Shown here: one piece after another, positions 58,093 through 64,000 of the stretch
Numbering within the stretch: the first letter of the stretch is position 1
Layout of the letters: every line of letters begins with the position of its first letter
Origin: an uncultured Opitutia bacterium
Lineage (GTDB): Bacteria > Verrucomicrobiota > Verrucomicrobiia > Opitutales > Opitutaceae
Assembly (NCBI GenBank): GCA_903834135.1
Contig: CAILHZ010000011.1
Span: 22,061-86,060 of the forward strand
DNA: 64,000 bases
Reading direction: 5' to 3'
Notes under the pieces: model-generated
What the model was told of the DNA's origin: nothing
The model's input: only the letters and a program-made list of their open reading frames with translations
Database searches by the model: none
Translations under genes and position numbers: made by a program

Positions 58093-61000
58093 TTAATATT
58101 TAGACCTAGACTGCGCTTTAACTTTTGTAAAAGCAGTGGGTTTATTATCACTGTGAGGACTTGGATCTTGAGCCACTCCTCCACCACCGTAGCCTAAGAC
58201 TTCTACATCAAATTCAGAATCTGGGTCTTCAGCAGTTTGTGAAGATTGTGATTGTTTGACCACGTCAGCAGCCGCACTGCTTGCCGCAGCTGAAGCACCT
58301 GAGGCAGCTGCCAGAGATCCACCCATACTTGGTGCGGCTGCCATAGGAGAGCCTACTGTAGCACCTCCGACTTGAATATTTCCTGCGTTAATAACTTTTA
58401 CAGCTGATAGTGTTAAATTTCCTGATGCTCTAATACCTGCATCTCCTGCATTAATAGAGCCTGAAGGGGCAATAAGATCTACGTCAGCAGGAGGTATTCC
58501 TGCAACTGTTTCTAGAACACCGATACCGCCGCCAGTTGATAAACCTGCAAGATCGGTTTCGACAGCACCACTTTGAGGATCAATAAGTACACGTGTTGGA
58601 GGCGCAGATTGTACTGTCTTAGCAGATTCACCTGCAGCGATATCACCCGTAGTAGACCATAGCGTTTCATTTCCTCCACGTAGTGTAAAGATACGTGAAG
58701 TGCCTACATTTACACCGCTTTGTGTAAATATTGAAATATTTCCTCCATACTCTGTAAGAATACCCTGATCAACTGCTGGATTTCCAGTAGTGTTTATACC
58801 AACTGTTAAATAACCACCGGGTGCAAATATGTTAATGTTACCTCCACTCGCAGTCATAATCTCCTTAGAAGTAAGGTTTATATAACCCTGGTATTGTTTT
58901 GCTGGGAACAAAGCTGAAATCGCAGCATAGCCAGCCGTATAATTACCATAACCAGGTGATGACTTATTATTGTGATCACGCCCAGCATCACGTAAGACAA
59001 GATAGAAAATATCTAAAGCGTAAATATCTTTTTGCTTGATTGATAGAGTATTAAATTGATTCCAAATCTGAGTAGTACTTGTGCTAGTCATACCCATGAG
59101 TTTACCCAAATCAGGTAAATACCTTGCTGAGTAATTACCGGCAGTACTTGGATTTAGAAAATCTGCTATGAATGCAGTAAATCCAATCTGACTTTGATTA
59201 AGGCTCGAGGCAGCGCCAATACCAGCACCTGTGATTACGTCAGATCCTACAAAGGGCAGATATGGATTTAGTGTATTGCCGATACTTGTGATTCCACGTG
59301 CAGTTCCGTCGATTGCATTAGGGCCTACTCCCAAGGTTAAGTTACGTCCAGCTAACACCTCAAGAGTTCCTGGTCCACTTATTTGAATATCGCCAGAGGT
59401 TGGATTGCCACTCAGTGGCCCTGGATCATTCGAATTACCAGGAAGTAGACGATTTCCTGCATACTGAGCCTGCAAACGGAGAAGTGAATTAGGATTATAA
59501 GCAATCAGATCACGCCCAGCATCAACTATACTTACATTAGAAGGTATAACATTTTGTATATATAAGCCAATGTCTGTAATATCTAAACCAGCTACGACAT
59601 CAGTTACTTTACCTGAGAATAATGTCAGACCTGAAATACTTCCATTACTTGCATATAAATGTACAGGTAATGGATCATTAAAATGCAGAGGTCCAGGAGC
59701 ATGAAGTGCTTCTTTAGTTTGGATGAGTGATGAAGAGCCAGTAGTTGAACCAGATACGCTGAAAATACTGTCCAAATTATCCATCAAATGAAGCGGCGTG
59801 ACTGTTGGAGTGAGTGCATCAGCGCTAGATAAATTGAGTGGTGTGAGTGCTGATGGTATACGTGTTGGATCTGCATCAGAGAGATTAATCAAACTCGAAT
59901 TCCAAAGCTGTGTTGCCAAACCATTAATTACGGTTTCACCATTAGACTGCATGCCATTAATTGATTTATTAGCAGCTAGATTTAACTGTCCCGTAGATGA
60001 AGGAGATAAAACAAGACTTCCTATAATATTTATGCTCCCTGTAAAGGCATTCACATCCAATGTAGGAGGCATTATACTCATAACAGTCTGAAACGGTAAA
60101 ACAGTGGTTTCAGTCAAGCGTAGCCAAGGCTGCGAATAAGATGAGAATGTTGAGCTATGCGCTGAATCATAGAGCAGTACGTTTTGATACCAGGCAAATA
60201 ATGACCCAGATTGATTATCAGCAGGACTATCTAAAAGGGTTATGTCTCCAGTTAATGATTTAACACTTACTGAATCTGTAGACGCGTACGTTGAGAAATA
60301 ACTCTTTTCATAGGCATTATTATTAAGCCCAGACGGCATTAAAAATGGATTAGCTATTGGGCCAAGAAGTAGATCACCTCCAGCATTTACTTGGAAACTA
60401 CCTTTACCTAAGAACAGTGTTGTCGGTAACCATGTAGATTGATCAGCTATCTGACTTGAACTTTGAAGTTGTATAGCCTGAGACTGGGTTATTGCAGCAC
60501 GGGTACTATTGGTAAAGATTGAGCCTCCGGCTTGAATAACACCTGCTCCATGTTCAACATAGTAAACTCCAGCATTAATATTCCTTCCTGCTAGAACTGT
60601 TAAATTACCTCCTCCTAATTCAACAAGATTAGATGAATTTGGTATACCTGCTGCCATACGTGCATTCGTTGGAACTACGGCATCTATATTACTGATATCA
60701 CGACCTGCATTGAGTATAACATTGCCACCTCCTAAAGCACCAACGCCTTCAAAAAAGTTAGTAAAGTTTACCCACCAAGCTGTAGATTGAATCGGGCCAC
60801 CTGCATATGACGAATCAAAAAGACCAGTAGCAGGATTAACATAACCCTGCCTGTAGAGCCAATTATTTGGCATTTCAAGTGATGAGTCCTGATAGGTAAC
60901 CACTGGCGAGCCAGTAACAATCTGATGTGTGATGTCCTGCTGGGCGAAAATTGTGACATTACCTCCGTCCATGCTAAATTGCGCAGAAGCGATAGGTAAT

Positions 61001-64000
61001 TGAGCAGCACCTAATTGAGAATTTTTAATCAGAAGTGATAAATTAGGTAGACTAAAATCACCGGCTTTAATGACAGTAGTTGGATTAGCAATCTGAGTGC
61101 CTGCTGTATAAATTGTAGCAATTGAATTAAGTAACTGCAAATCACGCCCCGCATTAATATTAATTGAGCCTGTTCCAGTACGTATTACTTGATAATAACT
61201 TGGTATTATACCGCTTGAAGGCGAAATCGATTTTAACGGTAGAGGCTGACTTCCTAAGCCTAAAAGTATTGAACCACTGGACGCTGCCAACGAACTTAGG
61301 GGAAGTACAGTTGTTAAATTAGCAGAGTTAAAATCTGCACCAGATGTAAGTTGGTATGACCAGGAAAGACTACCAGCAGGGAGTAGATTCTGATCCCATA
61401 GTCCATAGCTTGAAGAACCACCGAAGCCATCGCTAAGTGAACCATAACCCTTCTGACCAGTACTTGAATTAACAGCGTAAGCAAAATTGATATTACCCAA
61501 AGCTTTTAAAACAAGGTTTCCAGGTTCTCCCGAGCCGGCAATTACTGAATTAACAGATGGACCATAGCGATATGTGGAAAAGTCCCATGCTGTGCTAAGT
61601 GTAATATCGCCAGATGTATTTATAATTTCAGCACCGGGTTGTACATGAGTTAAACCGGTTAGATTTGAATTTGCACCAAGTAAGCGATTTGTAATGGATC
61701 CAGTATTAGAACCAAACACTTGCCCGTTGGAATTAATAGCATCTTGGAGCTTACTTGTGATAATTCCACCAGAGGATGTTAAATTATAAACATTATAACC
61801 TTCTAGGATAATACTAGATGGATTTACAATCGTAGCTTTAAGTGAATTAACCTGCAGATCTGAACCATCCATGTTTTGAGGCGCACGGATATGAAGTACA
61901 CCTGTTAGGTTTCCTAATCCTGAACTTGCACTGCTAAAAGAGGCTACAGAAAGATCAATATTAGAACCTGCTAGAACATTTATAAAACCGTTGGGGTTTA
62001 TTACGCCATTTAGTTCTGAGCCAGCAAAAAGATTCACTAAACCACCCCTACCCGAGTTATTAAAATTCTGCGCTGCTACACTTAAGCGTGCACCACTTTG
62101 AAGTGTTACATTACCGTTTGCTTGTAGATCAATAGTGCCTCCCGTTACACCCGATGCATTAATATAGCCTGTGGATGCTACCGTTATTGAACCGGTATCA
62201 GCAGCGAGTGAATAATTTTTAGCAGAAGCTAGGCCTGCTATCGTAACGTCACCCGTGCGCAACCTATACTGAAGACTTTCAGTAAAACCACCTGCAAAAA
62301 GTAATGTATCAAGGCTATCAACTGAGGTTAATGATAGATTAGCTTCGTCAAGACTGAAGGACGCATTTACTGCGTTTGCAGCACCTAAGCCAGATAGAGT
62401 ACCAGATAAACCGAACGATCCTTGTGGAGCCGATACATGCAGGGAACCAGCATTGCCACCTGAAGCTTGAGCCGCTACATTAATAACGGCATTAGAGCCT
62501 ACACTTACAGAGCCTTGATCTGCGGTTAATAGAATAGTACCTGCATTTGTATTTGCTTGAAGATCAAAGAATGCAGCTGATTGTCCGCTTACATTCAGTT
62601 GAGCTGGAGCTGTATTGCCAATTAAAAGCGAACCTGAGGTTGCATGAAAAAGCAGTGAGCCACTTGGAGCAAATACGGCATTGTTAATTGCAACAGATGA
62701 ACCCACAAAATTGAGATTAGCACCTAAACCGGATAACGCGGAATTATATACTGCCGTAGTACCGCCACTGAAATTAAGAGCTTGAGTAGCACTTAAAGTC
62801 TGAATGACACCTGCACTTGCAGTAACTAAAGGTGTATTTGCGGTGAGGTTACCTACAACATTCAGTGAACCGCTAGACTGTAAAACTATTGCTTGTGTGG
62901 CGTTAAGTGCAACTGAACCATACTGATTTATAAATAAGGCATTTGAGCCAATATCAATTGTTGTAGCATTAAAGGCTAAAGTACCACTAGCGGTAGACAT
63001 AGCGCTAGGGCCTACGACTTGATCAATATTATTAAGTTTAACGGTTTGCGCATTAAAATTTACAGTACCTGATTGCGCATTGAAGCCACGGATTTCACCT
63101 GTAGATAAGCCTAAAAATAAGGAAGTTGGCTGTCCTGCACTATTTGTAATACCAAATTGACCAGTACCGTAAATATCAAGCGTTGAATAACTCAGTAGTG
63201 ATAAAGACTGTGTACTTTGAAGTGCAGTGACTAGACTTGGCAGTAATGTTAAACCTGTAATATTAGGTACTGTACCTGGATTAGTGAGTTCAAGCTGTAT
63301 CTGGCCGCTAGCAAGAGATATGGATTGGCTAGTGAAACTTACAGAGGGATCAATTGATGTAGCTAGTGTTGAATCTAGAGTTACTGAAGCGCCAGTTAAT
63401 TTTACTCCTGAAGCTACACTTAAATTAGGTCCGGACGTTGAGTTAACACCTAAACGATTAATAACTGATGCCGGTCCAGCAGTAACTTCAACAAGCGCAC
63501 CATTTCCACTACCTGACTTGGAATTTGTACCGATCAGTAATTGCTGAGGTGCAGCGTAGGCTGCGCCTGTTGCCTGTATAATAGAGCCTGATGTAAGAGT
63601 AAGAGCACCATTGGCTACCAAAATAACATCTGTAGCAGTCAGTGCAGTTCCAGCATTATTTACAGTTAGATTATTTGTATCGACTGAAATCTGAGTTCCA
63701 GACGTGAGTGTACTACGTTTTCCACCAATCAGTAAACTCTCAGCACTAAAAGCAGATAAAGTTGAAGCACTTAAAACAAGTAATCCCGGCTGATTTTGTG
63801 AACTCGTCCCTGTAATTAATATATCTACAGGACTAGCTATATCTACTAAACCTCCCAGACCCCCAGTTGTTGCACTTGCAGTAACAGAACCAGAAATTGC
63901 CATACCCTGAGTAGCTGTAAAAATAAGCTGTCCTGAATCAATCGGCAAACGTGGTACAGCACTACTACTAGCTATAGCACTTTGGCTTAAGAAAGTATTT
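58093..64000 (-). CDS. Giant filamentous-haemagglutinin-family exoprotein, C-terminal >1960 aa (5' end outside window)
   Basis: The frame remains open beyond the TTG at 63948 up to base 64000. G/S/T/N/A-rich beta-helix repeats occur throughout. The distal part has reiterated GGN(I/V/L)x(I/V/L)xAGR(D/N)I units (GGNVILNAGRDI, GGNLTVLAGRNI, GGNINIFAPGG, GGNISIFTQSG). The conserved C-terminal block is GDIAAGESAKT...VDLIAPSGSINAGDAGIRASGNLTLSA. Confidence 0.85.
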   Translation of the reverse strand, partial: NTFLSQSAIASSSAVPRLPIDSGQLIFTATQGMAISGSVTASATTGGLGGLVDIASPVDILITGTSSQNQPGLLVLSASTLSAFSAESLLIGGKRSTLTSGTQISVDTNNLTVNNAGTALTATDVILVANGALTLTSGSIIQATGAAYAAPQQLLIGTNSKSGSGNGALVEVTAGPASVINRLGVNSTSGPNLSVASGVKLTGASVTLDSTLATSIDPSVSFTSQSISLASGQIQLELTNPGTVPNITGLTLLPSLVTALQSTQSLSLLSYSTLDIYGTGQFGITNSAGQPTSLFLGLSTGEIRGFNAQSGTVNFNAQTVKLNNIDQVVGPSAMSTASGTLAFNATTIDIGSNALFINQYGSVALNATQAIVLQSSGSLNVVGNLTANTPLVTASAGVIQTLSATQALNFSGGTTAVYNSALSGLGANLNFVGSSVAINNAVFAPSGSLLFHATSGSLLIGNTAPAQLNVSGQSAAFFDLQANTNAGTILLTADQGSVSVGSNAVINVAAQASGGNAGSLHVSAPQGSFGLSGTLSGLGAANAVNASFSLDEANLSLTSVDSLDTLLFAGGFTESLQYRLRTGDVTIAGLASAKNYSLAADTGSITVASTGYINASGVTGGTIDLQANGNVTLQSGARLSVAAQNFNNSGRGGLVNLFAGSELNGVINPNGFINVLAGSNIDLSVASFSSASSGLGNLTGVLHIRAPQNMDGSDLQVNSLKATIVNPSSIILEGYNVYNLTSSGGIITSKLQDAINSNGQVFGSNTGSITNRLLGANSNLTGLTHVQPGAEIINTSGDITLSTAWDFSTYRYGPSVNSVIAGSGEPGNLVLKALGNINFAYAVNSSTGQKGYGSLSDGFGGSSSYGLWDQNLLPAGSLSWSYQLTSGADFNSANLTTVLPLSSLAASSGSILLGLGSQPLPLKSISPSSGIIPSYYQVIRTGTGSININAGRDLQLLNSIATIYTAGTQIANPTTVIKAGDFSLPNLSLLIKNSQLGAAQLPIASAQFSMDGGNVTIFAQQDITHQIVTGSPVVTYQDSSLEMPNNWLYRQGYVNPATGLFDSSYAGGPIQSTAWWVNFTNFFEGVGALGGGNVILNAGRDISNIDAVVPTNARMAAGIPNSSNLVELGGGNLTVLAGRNINAGVYYVEHGAGVIQAGGSIFTNSTRAAITQSQAIQLQSSSQIADQSTWLPTTLFLGKGSFQVNAGGDLLLGPIANPFLMPSGLNNNAYEKSYFSTYASTDSVSVKSLTGDITLLDSPADNQSGSLFAWYQNVLLYDSAHSSTFSSYSQPWLRLTETTVLPFQTVMSIMPPTLDVNAFTGSINIIGSLVLSPSSTGQLNLAANKSINGMQSNGETVINGLATQLWNSSLINLSDADPTRIPSALTPLNLSSADALTPTVTPLHLMDNLDSIFSVSGSTTGSSSLIQTKEALHAPGPLHFNDPLPVHLYASNGSISGLTLFSGKVTDVVAGLDITDIGLYIQNVIPSNVSIVDAGRDLIAYNPNSLLRLQAQYAGNRLLPGNSNDPGPLSGNPTSGDIQISGPGTLEVLAGRNLTLGVGPNAIDGTARGITSIGNTLNPYLPFVGSDVITGAGIGAASSLNQSQIGFTAFIADFLNPSTAGNYSARYLPDLGKLMGMTSTSTTQIWNQFNTLSIKQKDIYALDIFYLVLRDAGRDHNNKSSPGYGNYTAGYAAISALFPAKQYQGYINLTSKEIMTASGGNINIFAPGGYLTVGINTTGNPAVDQGILTEYGGNISIFTQSGVNVGTSRIFTLRGGNETLWSTTGDIAAGESAKTVQSAPPTRVLIDPQSGAVETDLAGLSTGGGIGVLETVAGIPPADVDLIAPSGSINAGDAGIRASGNLTLSAVKVINAGNIQVGGATVGSPMAAAPSMGGSLAAASGASAAASSAAADVVKQSQSSQTAEDPDSEFDVEVLGYGGGGVAQDPSPHSDNKPTAFTKVKAQSRSKY

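Overview
This is a 64-kb chromosomal segment, roughly 42-44% GC by eye. It is densely coding: about 50 protein genes and one tRNA, with no rRNA, CRISPR array, transposase, integrase or phage genes seen.

Gene order:
- 3' end of icd.
- A periplasmic sugar-oxidation block: cytochrome c-PQQ dehydrogenase, Tat-signal Gfo/Idh/MocA oxidoreductase and an AEC transporter.
- A LacI-controlled carbohydrate-type locus without classical glycoside hydrolases: DUF2264, esterase, beta-helix protein, MFS transporter and an esterase-SMP30 fusion.
- glgA, rnr and ggt.
- A DUF5069-like gene with a two-subunit Mo-hydroxylase (iorAB-like).
- proS-clpS plus a small acidic protein.
- argA, two DMT transporters, a DsbD-like reductase, a GNAT and tRNA(CAU).
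- A TonB-dependent receptor facing a YbbAP/AttEFGH-like ABC exporter with a CrtC/AttH-like protein.
- A PocR-AraC regulator.
- A complete cbb3 oxidase cluster: ccoS-like, fused ccoNO, ccoQ, monoheme ccoP, ccoG, TauE-like and ccoI.
- A DUF3300 protein and galM.
- An alpha/beta-hydrolase + GH3-family pair.
- The 3' 5.9 kb of a giant filamentous-haemagglutinin-like exoprotein gene that runs off the window.

The content suggests a free-living aerobic member of the PVC group (Verrucomicrobiota/Lentisphaerota-like) or a Bacteroidota-like organism. That placement is inference only.

I found no clear-cut novel system. The best candidates for a second look are:
- the coupled hydrolase-GH3 pair;
- the TonB-dependent receptor + ABC + AttH module;
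- an unassigned ~183-nt GC-enriched intergenic element closed by an 8-bp helix;
- two short membrane ORFs in the cbb3 cluster that are missing from the ORF track;
- a Cys-bearing small protein and PocR-AraC regulator beside the oxidase operon.

All family assignments rest on motif recognition by eye. No database search was possible.
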